The notes under the pieces are model-generated. The model was not told the origin of the DNA, made no database searches, and saw only the letters and a list, made by a program, of their open reading frames with translations. The translations under genes were made by a program, and so were the position numbers. This document shows, in pieces, positions 18,381 to 27,517 of a stretch of 32,000 nt of DNA. Source of the DNA: Neobacillus sp. WH10 (GTDB lineage Bacteria > Bacillota > Bacilli > Bacillales > Cytobacillaceae); NCBI RefSeq assembly GCF_030123405.1, contig NZ_CP126110.1:4905125-4937124 (forward strand). The letters are read 5' to 3'. How positions within the stretch are numbered: position 1 is the stretch's first letter; each line of letters begins with the position of its first letter.

Positions 18381-18599
18381 GTGAAGGACATTCCATTGGC
18401 TAAGCAATTGGAAAACCGTTTTTATCAACTATTATTTAAAATTCATATTTACTATCTTCAAGATCAAATGGAGCAATATTACGTCCTTCTTGAGGAAAAA
18501 GCTTTCCCGTATTTCAAATCTAGCAAACATGTAATTTATCTAAAAAGATATGGGAAGGAATTATATACCTATTTTAAAGAAACTGGTCAACCATTATAG
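18381..18599 (+). CDS. Small hypothetical protein (start codon uncertain)
   Basis: 72-aa ORF starting GTG, coding-like composition, no recognised family. Confidence 0.4.
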   Translation: MKDIPLAKQLENRFYQLLFKIHIYYLQDQMEQYYVLLEEKAFPYFKSSKHVIYLKRYGKELYTYFKETGQPL

Positions 18600-18646
18600 G
18601 CATTACAAATATCTAATATCTTAGAACAATATTGAGTAAATTCGAA

Positions 18647-18673
18647 GAAGCAAGGGGACGGTTCTCCTGCTTC
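18647..18673 (+). repeat. 27-bp dispersed hairpin repeat, copy
   Basis: GAAGCAAGGGGACGGTTCTCCTGCTTC. Confidence 0.85.
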
Positions 18674-18688
18674 ATAAGTTTGAAGCGT

Positions 18689-19276
18689 TCAACGATCGAT
18701 CTTTTTAAAATAACGATAAATCTTTTCTAGTTTTTTGGTTTGTTTTCCCTTTGGGTTTTCCATATTACCAAATTCAAAAAACTTTACTTGTTTGATTCCG
18801 ACAAAATTGAATAAGGCTTTTTTCATCAATATTTTATGTGAATTATTTAACCAGAGAAGTGGATAGTTTGCAGGTCCCTTCATGGTGGACATACATACAA
18901 CTGATTTTCCTTTCAATAATCCCTCTGGCAGCAGTCCCTTCTTATCCTTGTAGGCAAAATTTGCAGCAAATAATTGATCAATGTATCCCAGCAGCATGGC
19001 TGGAGGTCTTCCCCACCAAATAGGGTAGACAAAGACAATCTTGTCAGCCCAAGAAATTTGCTGTCGATATTTTTCAAGGTGAGGATCACGATACATATCA
19101 CGTCTTCGTTTATGCTCATTAAACACAAGAAGTGGATTAAAGCCCTCCTCATACAAATCTAGCACCTGTATTTCCTTTATATTTGGATTTTCATGACTTC
19201 CTTTGATGACCTTTTGTAAAAATGAGTAACATAAACTTTGATGATTAGGATGTGTGTAAATAACAAGAACTTTCAT
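18689..19276 (-). CDS. NAD(P)H-dependent oxidoreductase, flavodoxin-like (quinone reductase/MdaB type)
   Basis: MKVLVIYTHPNHQSLCYSFLQ...IVFVYPIWWGRPPAMLLGYIDQLFAANFAY. Confidence 0.92.
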   Translation of the reverse strand: MKVLVIYTHPNHQSLCYSFLQKVIKGSHENPNIKEIQVLDLYEEGFNPLLVFNEHKRRRDMYRDPHLEKYRQQISWADKIVFVYPIWWGRPPAMLLGYIDQLFAANFAYKDKKGLLPEGLLKGKSVVCMSTMKGPANYPLLWLNNSHKILMKKALFNFVGIKQVKFFEFGNMENPKGKQTKKLEKIYRYFKKIDR

Positions 19277-19310
19277 GACGCACCCCTTTTACTTATCATT
19301 TGATAACTAA

Positions 19311-19339
19311 ATCATAGCAATCACCTTTTTTATTGTCAA
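19311..19339 (-). promoter_or_regulatory. Sigma-A promoter of the oxidoreductase gene, flanked by TTATCA-type operators
   Basis: TTGACA (19334-19339), 17 bp, TATGAT (19311-19316) on the minus strand. Confidence 0.75.
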
Positions 19340-19395
19340 ATGATAATTGTATTTTGATAACATTTTTGTTATCTTCACAATAAGAGGTGAGAGAT

Positions 19396-19824
19396 ATGGA
19401 TAAAAAAGCTCTTTTTTTTAAATGTGTGTCTTTTACGACTTCGGTTCATCGTGTGACACACGAATTAACCCAACACGCAAAATCTGATTCCATCACGCCC
19501 GTTCAATATAACATTCTCGAGTATATAACCGTTAGCCAGCCTGTTACCCTTAGTGAAATTAGTGATTGCCAGCATATGTCGATGCCAAATACTAGTCGTG
19601 AGTTAAAAAAATTAAGTGAAAAAAATTTAATTGAAAAGATAAGTGATACCGAAGATCGACGAAAACAGTATATTCGTCTTTCTAAAGATGGAGAAACCAT
19701 GATGAATGAAGCCTTTGCCCATGTAGAATCAAGTTTCCTGCATCGAATACAAAATGCATCAAAAGAAGATTTAGAGGAGATTAACAGTGCCCTTGATATT
19801 CTTCAGACAAAACTATTTTTTTAA
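19396..19824 (+). CDS. MarR family transcriptional regulator
   Basis: winged-helix region PVTLSEISDCQHMSMPNTSRELKKLSEKNLIEKISDTEDRRKQYIRLSKDGE; ATG 19396 after AGAGGTGAG. Confidence 0.9.
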   Translation: MDKKALFFKCVSFTTSVHRVTHELTQHAKSDSITPVQYNILEYITVSQPVTLSEISDCQHMSMPNTSRELKKLSEKNLIEKISDTEDRRKQYIRLSKDGETMMNEAFAHVESSFLHRIQNASKEDLEEINSALDILQTKLFF

Positions 19825-20002
19825 ATTCAGCCATTTTTTCATGGTAAAAAAATGAGTCGGTTACGTGACTAGGCAACAAAAATATTGCCCCGTCTCACGT
19901 TATTAAAACAAAAATCATTTGAATCACTAAAATTCCTTCCTTTACTTTTTAGGTCATGCAGAAAAAGGAGGATATGAACGATTTTTATGTAAATAAAAAA
20001 AT

Positions 20003-20045
20003 GAACCCAGAACGAATTTACTTTAAGTTAATCCGTTCTGGGTTC
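20003..20045 (-). terminator. Terminator of the GH101 gene
   Basis: Minus strand GAACCCAGAACGGATT...AATTCGTTCTGGGTTC followed by ATTTTTTTATTT. Confidence 0.85.
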
Positions 20046-20098
20046 TTGTCTCTTTTCTATTTTTCTACAGTATTAAAACTATCAATCTTCGACAAACT

Positions 20099-23000
20099 TC
20101 AGTTGGTGATCTGTTCAATCCGCAGGTTATCTAAAATAAATGTTCCTGCCCCAGTATCTCCATTCAAGCTGGTTCCATCACTGAAAATTCCAATATACGT
20201 TTGCCCATTTTCGGAACCAGTGACAGTATACTCAGCCTTTTTGGTATCGGTAGATGCAGAAAGTGTATTGTTTATACTCAAACCCTTGACAGCTGCAATA
20301 TCGCGAGCATCAATTTCTTGATCCCCTGAGATAAAACGATAGGAATTGGCAGTAGTTTGATAGTCAAAGGATACTTTATAGGTTACGCCTGGTTCAAAGT
20401 GGAAGTGCTGCGGAATGGTACGATACACTAAGCCTTTGTTTCCAGTATTCACCTTAACAGACCAATTCCCTTTGATGACATCGTCTACTAATTTTTTACC
20501 TGCCCATCCTTTTTGCGTATACGGAGCATGTAATTCAGACAAATGAATTCTATTGTCTTCTACACCTTCCGTATTGCCAATAACAAATGGGTAAATTCCT
20601 TGCACGACCGATTCAAAATCTTGTTCAAATACCTTTGGTGATACTTCATTTTTCAAGGATTTTTGCACTATCCGAATATCATCAAACTTAGTAGTTCCTT
20701 CACCGGCCTCACGGCTGAGAATTAATTCTGCCTTTTTATATGCAGCCGTAAAGCTTACTTGCATTCTTTGCATCTTGCTGTTGTATCCATCATTCGTAGC
20801 ATGTGAATCTGCTTTTACAAAGTTCTTTTGCAGGCTGCGCAGTGTGTAATTGCTTACATTTTTTACTTCGCCATTTACTTTGATTCCGGCCTTTACATCA
20901 CTATTGTTTTCTACATAGACCTCAGCCACATAATCTTTGCCAGGTTCAAGGCCAGTAATGGTACGGGAAACGGATGTATTTTTTGACGGACTGTCGATAT
21001 TCAAGAAATAATCGCCGCTGCTTACATTACGGGCATTTCCAGTTTGATTCGTTCTTACGACACTGACAGCATCCTTGTCTCCAGCCACTTTTGTATGAGG
21101 ATCTTTGACGGTTCCCGAATTAAATCCTGTGTCATAGACATGAGCATCCTTGCTCCAGTCATCGACTTGTAAACCCTTCTCTTTCTTTGGTACAACAATA
21201 TATGGAGTAGCTGCCTCAGCCGTCAAGGTTACCTGATTATTGACGACCTTGACTTTCTGCACATCTGTTCTGCCTTGGTCGGTCAATTTATAGACATAAA
21301 CTTTAGATGCACCAGCATATTCATTTGGAAGTGTCCAAGTAGTTGTTCCGCCTTCTAAATTCCAGTGGTACAGTTTTTCAGAATCCTGAGTTGGATTTTT
21401 AAAGTCTTGCTCCACCCAAGGAATTAAATAAGCATGTTCATCAAGGACAACATTTCCATTAAGCGTAATCACACGTTCTCTGGAATTGTCCTTTCTCGTA
21501 ACAACAACAACATCCCCATTACTTGGGTCCGCCAATTTAATTTCCTTTTCCAAGTTTGTTTTGCTTTTGTCGCCTTCTACATTTGCCCAATCGATAACAA
21601 AATACTTTTGTAAAAATTTCGTTGGTAGATTTGTATCGAATGTCATCCGGATAAAATGGTCAAAATTCTTATCAGATTGCCATCCCTCGAAACCTGCTAA
21701 TTCAAATCCGCCAAGCAACGGATGATCAGCCGTTCCTCCTGATTCAGGCCAATTTAACACCCAAGAATCTTTTTGGTGATTACTAATAAAGCGAAGGACC
21801 TCAGAGTTGATTCCTTTACTGGCTGGCCCGCCGTAGTTCTTATCCGTAGCCCAGTGCTGCCATGTAGAGTAATTGGCCATTGAAGTACCAAACTCCGTTG
21901 CTACCCTCCAGCCGCGATCATGAAATTGCTCTGAAATTCGATCAGATTCCCATTGATCTTGATACCATACATCTAAATAAATGAAGTCAAGACCTGGTGC
22001 AGCTGCTTTTAATTCGTCCAGCCTTTTCGCACGTGTTCCTGAGTACAAATCCTTTAATTTATTGATGGTATATGATTGGTCTAACCAGCCCCAGCCTCTA
22101 GAATTTGGACCGTCAATAAAATCTTCATTGAAAGCTTTGGCTTCAGGATAGGTTTCTTGAGCATTGATATGGACACCAAATTCAGAATTGTACTTATGCC
22201 CTTCACGAATTAGTGTTTTTATATCCTCAGCTCCGCCGATCCGTTCACCAACATTTCCATAATCCGGGTGAGCGCTGTCATGACCTTCATTTCCATATCC
22301 TTTTAACAGTACAGACTGACCCAATCCATCTGTAGCGAGAGCAACCTTTTTAACATTATCCAATGTTTTTAGGAATGGCTGTTGTGCTTGTGAGCCAAAA
22401 TTCATGGCAATTCGTTGGCCAACCAGATTGTTTACATCGTTCGAACCTGGAATGTCTTGCATGATCTCACGGTAAGCAATCGCACCGTCCTGCCAGTCAA
22501 TTTCATTATCACGATTCAAATCATCCGCAATTGCAATTTTCACGGTAGGTTTTTTTGATTGTGGTTTCGACATAAATTCTCTTTGATAATAAAGTAAACT
22601 AGAACCGATACCGATGGCTTTCGTACCATCTTCACTTTGATAACGATTTGCCACTAGGTTACGGTAGCCATTTACTTCCGAACTGGACCATACACCTGCA
22701 CTCAATTTGTCTGTTGATAGGAAAGCAGTATAGTATCTTTCTGAAGTTCCAATGCCTCCCAAAGTTGAATCGACAGTGACATCGACATCCCCAGGTTTGG
22801 TCACATCACTGCTAAGATTCGTTAATTTGGCTTTGGCATTGGTTTGAGCTGAATTAACTGAGATAAAGTTCAGATCGGCCAATTCAACCGTTTCAATTTT
22901 TGAGCTACCGGCATTGGTGATTTCTTCAAAGGTATAGATCACTTTATTTTTGTTCACTTTTAAAGAAACTTTAAATACAGCATCAAGGTTTTCATATTCA

Positions 23001-24475
23001 TCTTTTACCTTTAGAGTATACAGTGCTTCACTTTTGCTCTTCTTTTCAAAGCTTACTTCAGGATAGTAAAGAACGCCGTTCACTTTTAATCCGTATACAG
23101 GAGACTTTTGTCCGTTCATTACCTTGTTGCCAACCCGATATTCGATAACACGCGGGAAGACTTGGTCAATAATAACATTCATATAGTCTGAGCTTAGGTT
23201 ATCCTCTACTGGCGGCGTATTTGGTGCTTTAGGAGGAACATTTTCTTTAATTTTGATGTTTGAAATCGTAATGTCCGCAGCTCCACGGCTTTTTTCAAAT
23301 CCAAGTAACCCTGCTTGATCGACACCGCCTGACAATGTAAAGGTATTCACCTTTTTATCATTAATGTATAAAGTAGCTAAATCATCCGAAAATTTTATTC
23401 GTAAATGATAGGTTTTATTTGCTTCTAATGGCACGTTTGAAGTCATCGCCGTCCAACTGTTAGCAGGGCCAAAGATCTCGCCAAAATAAAGATTGTTCTG
23501 ATCTCCCGTTCCCACATACGTATAGGCAGATGGATTCTGAACACGATAGATGAGGCCAAAACGGTTCATGGCGCTAGTTCCCGGCGTAATATCAGCTTCA
23601 AAAATACCATTCTTAATTGGTTTCATTTTATTGTAGACAATTCGATTTTTTTGAGTAGATGTAACATGGAAAGTTGCTGAACCATCTTGATTATAGGTAA
23701 CTTTTCCGTCGCCCGAGATAATTTTAAAGTCGCCATCTTCTAATTGGTTATCCGAAATGTCGACAAGTTCTTGATCTCCGGGCTCTGTTCCTCCGTTACC
23801 TGGATCTGTACCTCCATCTCCTGGAGAATCTCCTAATTCAAGGAGTACTTGGCTGTTTTTACCTCCAAAAGCACCAAGTTTAACCGCTTCCTTACCTGAA
23901 AGAAGATTATTTATATCATTTGATAAAGTAACCGCTCCAAATAAATCTTTTCCATCTAATGTAACCTTCAAAGCGGTTCCATTATAATCAATTTTTATGG
24001 AATGTTTGGTTCCGGCTTCTGGGAGAGGAACGCTTGGTCTAGTTTGTAACCAGGTTCCGCTGCCTTGATATTTGTATTCATAGAACCACCCTAAGGAGTC
24101 ATAGCCTACAAATACAAAGTTGTTATGATCAATATAATGAGGATAGAAACCAAATCTGGTATCTTCCGCTTTCAATTCTGGAATAAATGTATATTCCATC
24201 GTTCCTGATATGTGAGCTACTGCTTCTTTTTCTTGAAAAATAGCAGCTTTGGCTCCATTGTCATTTCCCGCTCCTGCTCCAAGCCTTGCATAAGCCTTCC
24301 CATTCTGGTTGACCATTTCATTTACTTCATTTCCTCCAGATGAAATGGTAACCCAGGGATTTGTCACTACTGCTTCTGCACGTAATGGCGGAGTGAAACC
24401 CGTCAAAAACATAGGTAAAAATAATACAAAGGCAATCAGGGCATTGGTAACCCTTTTGTAATACTTACTGCGCAA
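20099..24475 (-). CDS. Secreted endo-alpha-N-acetylgalactosaminidase, GH101
   Basis: 1458 aa, signal peptide, two N-terminal sandwich-like domains, GH101 core with LDFIYLDVWYQDQWESDRISEQFHDRGWRVATEFG and WVLNWPESGGTADHPLLGGFE; C-terminal galactose-binding-like domains; no LPXTG or SLH. Confidence 0.9.
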   Translation of the reverse strand: MRSKYYKRVTNALIAFVLFLPMFLTGFTPPLRAEAVVTNPWVTISSGGNEVNEMVNQNGKAYARLGAGAGNDNGAKAAIFQEKEAVAHISGTMEYTFIPELKAEDTRFGFYPHYIDHNNFVFVGYDSLGWFYEYKYQGSGTWLQTRPSVPLPEAGTKHSIKIDYNGTALKVTLDGKDLFGAVTLSNDINNLLSGKEAVKLGAFGGKNSQVLLELGDSPGDGGTDPGNGGTEPGDQELVDISDNQLEDGDFKIISGDGKVTYNQDGSATFHVTSTQKNRIVYNKMKPIKNGIFEADITPGTSAMNRFGLIYRVQNPSAYTYVGTGDQNNLYFGEIFGPANSWTAMTSNVPLEANKTYHLRIKFSDDLATLYINDKKVNTFTLSGGVDQAGLLGFEKSRGAADITISNIKIKENVPPKAPNTPPVEDNLSSDYMNVIIDQVFPRVIEYRVGNKVMNGQKSPVYGLKVNGVLYYPEVSFEKKSKSEALYTLKVKDEYENLDAVFKVSLKVNKNKVIYTFEEITNAGSSKIETVELADLNFISVNSAQTNAKAKLTNLSSDVTKPGDVDVTVDSTLGGIGTSERYYTAFLSTDKLSAGVWSSSEVNGYRNLVANRYQSEDGTKAIGIGSSLLYYQREFMSKPQSKKPTVKIAIADDLNRDNEIDWQDGAIAYREIMQDIPGSNDVNNLVGQRIAMNFGSQAQQPFLKTLDNVKKVALATDGLGQSVLLKGYGNEGHDSAHPDYGNVGERIGGAEDIKTLIREGHKYNSEFGVHINAQETYPEAKAFNEDFIDGPNSRGWGWLDQSYTINKLKDLYSGTRAKRLDELKAAAPGLDFIYLDVWYQDQWESDRISEQFHDRGWRVATEFGTSMANYSTWQHWATDKNYGGPASKGINSEVLRFISNHQKDSWVLNWPESGGTADHPLLGGFELAGFEGWQSDKNFDHFIRMTFDTNLPTKFLQKYFVIDWANVEGDKSKTNLEKEIKLADPSNGDVVVVTRKDNSRERVITLNGNVVLDEHAYLIPWVEQDFKNPTQDSEKLYHWNLEGGTTTWTLPNEYAGASKVYVYKLTDQGRTDVQKVKVVNNQVTLTAEAATPYIVVPKKEKGLQVDDWSKDAHVYDTGFNSGTVKDPHTKVAGDKDAVSVVRTNQTGNARNVSSGDYFLNIDSPSKNTSVSRTITGLEPGKDYVAEVYVENNSDVKAGIKVNGEVKNVSNYTLRSLQKNFVKADSHATNDGYNSKMQRMQVSFTAAYKKAELILSREAGEGTTKFDDIRIVQKSLKNEVSPKVFEQDFESVVQGIYPFVIGNTEGVEDNRIHLSELHAPYTQKGWAGKKLVDDVIKGNWSVKVNTGNKGLVYRTIPQHFHFEPGVTYKVSFDYQTTANSYRFISGDQEIDARDIAAVKGLSINNTLSASTDTKKAEYTVTGSENGQTYIGIFSDGTSLNGDTGAGTFILDNLRIEQITN

Positions 24476-24590
24476 ATCCTCTCCTCCTTTAAATATACTA
24501 TTTTGATAGAAAGCGATACCTGTAAGCTGTTAAAAAATATAGCGAAAATAACTGCAAATACCACCATCTACTGTAATTTAGCTTACTTTC

Positions 24591-24605
24591 GTTAAAGCGC
24601 TTACA
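24591..24605 (-). promoter_or_regulatory. Candidate cre (CcpA) site upstream of GH101
   Basis: Minus strand TGTAAGCGCTTTAAC fits the core of cre consensus. Confidence 0.65.
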
Positions 24606-24660
24606 CAATAAAGATATTGTCCAAATTTTTAGTAATATTGTTTTTTTAGTGAATTGCATA

Positions 24661-24690
24661 AAAAAGCGAACAGTGGCACTGTTCGCTTTT
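24661..24690. terminator. Terminator between agaS-like gene and GH101 gene
   Basis: aaaaagcgaacagtg-gcactgttcgctttt. Confidence 0.85.
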
Positions 24691-24746
24691 CTAGTAGAGC
24701 ATATCCTATGGAATAAGATTTTTCGTGTAGGTACCCGGTAAGAGAG

Positions 24747-24773
24747 TAAGCAAAAGAACCGTCCCCTTGCTTC
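24747..24773 (-). repeat. 27-bp dispersed hairpin repeat, inverted copy
   Basis: Minus strand GAAGCAAGGGGACGGTTCTTTTGCTTA; overlaps the last base of the adjacent stop codon. Confidence 0.8.
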
Positions 24774-25939
24774 TACTTATATTCATAGATGGTGACGCCT
24801 TTTACCACACGATTAACCGTGCCTGTTGGTGAAGGGGTATCCGGTGTATTACCAACTTTTACAGAAGCTAATAGTGATACCGTTTGACCGATCATGACAT
24901 ACGGTAATGCCAGGTAGGCATCCGGTACAGCATGGGCATCACTGTCGAATAAGAACGTGTTCCCATCGTAGTTCGTTTCTCCGTCCACTGAGATTGCACA
25001 TATACCGTTTGCAATTTTATCTTGCTGCAATTCTTTTAAAATATCCAAATCGTATTGACGTGTATAAGACTGGTTTGAAACAAACACAAACACCAACGAT
25101 TTTTCATTTACAAATGATTTAGGACCGTGCCTAAAACCCAACGATGAATCAAAAGCAGTAACAATTTTACCAGCTGTTAGCTCTAAAACTTTTAACTGTG
25201 CTTCTCTCGCCAACCCTTCTAAGCTTCCTGAGCCTAGATATATGATCCTCTCAAAATCGCAATCGATGATAGTTTGGATATCCTCTTCACGAAGAATGAC
25301 ACTTTCACCCATTTGGCGAATCGTTTGGACAATTGCCCATTTTTCTTCCACTAACAGCGGATCAAAAACGAGTAATGCCATGAGCGTCATGCACGAATAA
25401 CTTCCCGTCATGGCAAATCCTTGATCATTGGCTCTATCGGGCATTAACAACAAAAGATTGCTTTCATCGCCTTCTGCCCTTTTCGCTAACTCACCATCAA
25501 TTGCACAGGTAATGGTTAGCTGATAGAAGTTCTTTACTAGTTGTTCAGCTACTTCTACGGCAGCCACACTTTCAGGGCTGTTGCCGCTTCGAGCAAATGA
25601 AACCAACAAAGTTGGGAAATCTGCTTTAAAAAATTCATAGGGATTAGATACCAAAGTGGTTGTTGGAACACTTAGAAATTCCCACTTTTTTTCATCCACT
25701 TTTCCTTTTAAATAAGGAGTGACCGTATCACCGACATAGGCAGAGGTTCCAGCACCTGTAAAAATGACACGGATTCGTTCATGTTGTTCAGCCAGTTTTT
25801 GCAAAAATGTTTGAATCTCTACTCGTTTCTTCGTATACAATGAATAGGTTTCATCCCATAAATCTGGCTGCTGCTTAATTTCTGCTGTTGTAATCGATGC
25901 TCCTAGAGACACTAATTTTTCTTGACTAAAAGTAAACAT
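24773..25939 (-). CDS. agaS: SIS-domain AgaS-type galactosamine-6-phosphate deaminase/isomerase, paralog 1
   Basis: 388 aa; FTGAGTSAYVGDTVTPYL, SFARSGNSPESV, LGFRHGPKSFVNEKSLV. Confidence 0.88.
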   Translation of the reverse strand: MFTFSQEKLVSLGASITTAEIKQQPDLWDETYSLYTKKRVEIQTFLQKLAEQHERIRVIFTGAGTSAYVGDTVTPYLKGKVDEKKWEFLSVPTTTLVSNPYEFFKADFPTLLVSFARSGNSPESVAAVEVAEQLVKNFYQLTITCAIDGELAKRAEGDESNLLLLMPDRANDQGFAMTGSYSCMTLMALLVFDPLLVEEKWAIVQTIRQMGESVILREEDIQTIIDCDFERIIYLGSGSLEGLAREAQLKVLELTAGKIVTAFDSSLGFRHGPKSFVNEKSLVFVFVSNQSYTRQYDLDILKELQQDKIANGICAISVDGETNYDGNTFLFDSDAHAVPDAYLALPYVMIGQTVSLLASVKVGNTPDTPSPTGTVNRVVKGVTIYEYK

Positions 25940-25999
25940 ATCTAACGCTCCTCTTCCTACTTCCCAACATTCCCTTCACAAAGGAAGGCTGGTGATTCC

Positions 26000-26899
26000 T
26001 CATAACATACCTTCAAAAGCCCGTAATCCTGCACCAACAACCCCATTATTCTGCGCCAATGTACTGATACTCATCTGGCCTAAAAGATGTTGTTGTTCAG
26101 GAAGCTGATGTGATTTTAGCTTTTCCTTGATCAACTCAAGCAAAAAAGGATTATTCACGATGACACTGCCGCCGAAAACCATTTTGTGCGGATCCAATAA
26201 GCTAGAAATCGCATAAAGGCCTTGAGCTAAATGGTCGGTCACCTCGTCAATAATTGGTTGATATTCCTGTTCCCCATTTAGATAACCCGCAAACACATCC
26301 TTAGTTGAAATGGTATCTACCTTCAATTCCTTTTCGGCTAATCTCTGGATCCCCGGTCCAGCAGCAATTTTTTCTAACCGTTCATTGACTCCCTTCGAAA
26401 GGACCGGGATCAGACCAAGCTCCCCAGCAAATCCAGCTCCCCTGAAAAATGAACCATTATGAATGATAGAACAGGAGATTCCCGTACTGATTGTCACGTA
26501 GACAAAGGTCTCTGCCCTTTTTACCTGTGCCGCTTTCCATTCTGCAAAAGTCGCCATATAGACATCATTGTCAATCGTGATCCGCTCGATGCCAAATCGC
26601 TCCTGTAAACGGGCTGTAACGGGAAACTGTTTCCAAGGCAAATTGTTTTGAAAAACAGCGATGCCCTTCTCACGATTCACTTTTCCTGGTACTCCAACAC
26701 CAATGCCCTCAATGTCACCGATTGAAACCGAGGATTTTCCGAGAACATTTTCCACCGCTTCTACAACTCTCTCAAACATATTTTCCCGGTCTGAAGGATC
26801 ACTTTTTACTTCCGTACGTTCAAGCAGTTCGCCCGTATCCGAAATGATTCCCGCTGCAATCTTCGTCCCGCCAATATCAATGCCGATAGCTCTTTTCAT
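26000..26899 (-). CDS. ROK family protein (sugar kinase-like)
   Basis: GIDIGGTKIAAGI, IGVGVPGKVNREKGI, IDNDVYMATFAEW, ISTGISCSIIHNG; lacks the canonical CxCGxxGC motif. Confidence 0.85.
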   Translation of the reverse strand: MKRAIGIDIGGTKIAAGIISDTGELLERTEVKSDPSDRENMFERVVEAVENVLGKSSVSIGDIEGIGVGVPGKVNREKGIAVFQNNLPWKQFPVTARLQERFGIERITIDNDVYMATFAEWKAAQVKRAETFVYVTISTGISCSIIHNGSFFRGAGFAGELGLIPVLSKGVNERLEKIAAGPGIQRLAEKELKVDTISTKDVFAGYLNGEQEYQPIIDEVTDHLAQGLYAISSLLDPHKMVFGGSVIVNNPFLLELIKEKLKSHQLPEQQHLLGQMSISTLAQNNGVVGAGLRAFEGML

Positions 26900-26900
26900 T

Positions 26901-27192
26901 TGTCCGCACCTCTAAATTCATATATTTGAATCACAGAATCATTTTCTTAAAAAAGGAAAACTGTAATGAAGAAATATTTCGCTTCCTTTTCTTGCGTTAT
27001 GATCGTTAAGAAGTCGTATTAACGACCGATCTAATAGTTTTTCTTGCATTTCGGGCGTTTAGTGGACCCTTTAAGCGACCGTCTACGAGGATCTTTCACC
27101 TTGACAGGCTAATAAACTAATAGATTAAAGGCAGACATTCCTGCCAAGAAAACTATCTTTTATCTTTTTCGTCCTCTTTCTTTACTATTTAC
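26901..27192 (-). ncRNA. Candidate structured 5' leader RNA upstream of the ROK/agaS operon
   Basis: P1 helix 27145-27156/27034-27046, P2 hairpin 27130-27145, P3 27125-27131/27068-27074, P4 27103-27109/27077-27083, stable hairpin 27001-27031, A/U-rich terminator-like hairpin 26949-26992. Confidence 0.5.
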
Positions 27193-27198
27193 GGGAAA

Positions 27199-27227
27199 AG
27201 TATACAAATGAAAAAGCGTTTTCACAA
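27199..27227 (-). promoter_or_regulatory. Promoter with overlapping cre-like sequence for ROK/agaS operon
   Basis: Minus strand TTGTGA (27222-27227), 17 bp, TATACT (27199-27204); spacer contains TGAAAACGCTTTTT. Confidence 0.7.
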
Positions 27228-27469
27228 TAAACATCTTGTTTTGTTTTTTAGATATCTTGCCTATTCCTTCGAGAAATCCGTCGGTATTTTACCGATAGAA
27301 TACTTAATATCCGTTCAAGTAAAATTTTGCATACTTAATTTCAGATATATCAATTATTACTAGCTTTTCTTCCAGGTTATTCTTTGTTCAATCCTTCAAT
27401 CAGTTGACCAATCTATCGCCTTCACAATACCGAAATGCCAAGAACGCGAAGAAAAATAAAGCAAAAAAA

Positions 27470-27517
27470 TAAGGAAGCGCGAGAACCTTCCTCACACTTC
27501 CTTACCTTGCTTCCTTA
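27470..27517 (-). terminator. Terminator overlapping the lacD stop codon
   Basis: Minus strand TAAGGAAGC...GCTTCCTTATTTTTTT. Confidence 0.75.

Noticed and set aside
19956-20321. 121-aa ORF on the plus strand
   Set aside because: Antisense to the GH101 C-terminus and its terminator hairpin; no family resemblance and conflicts with a strong gene.
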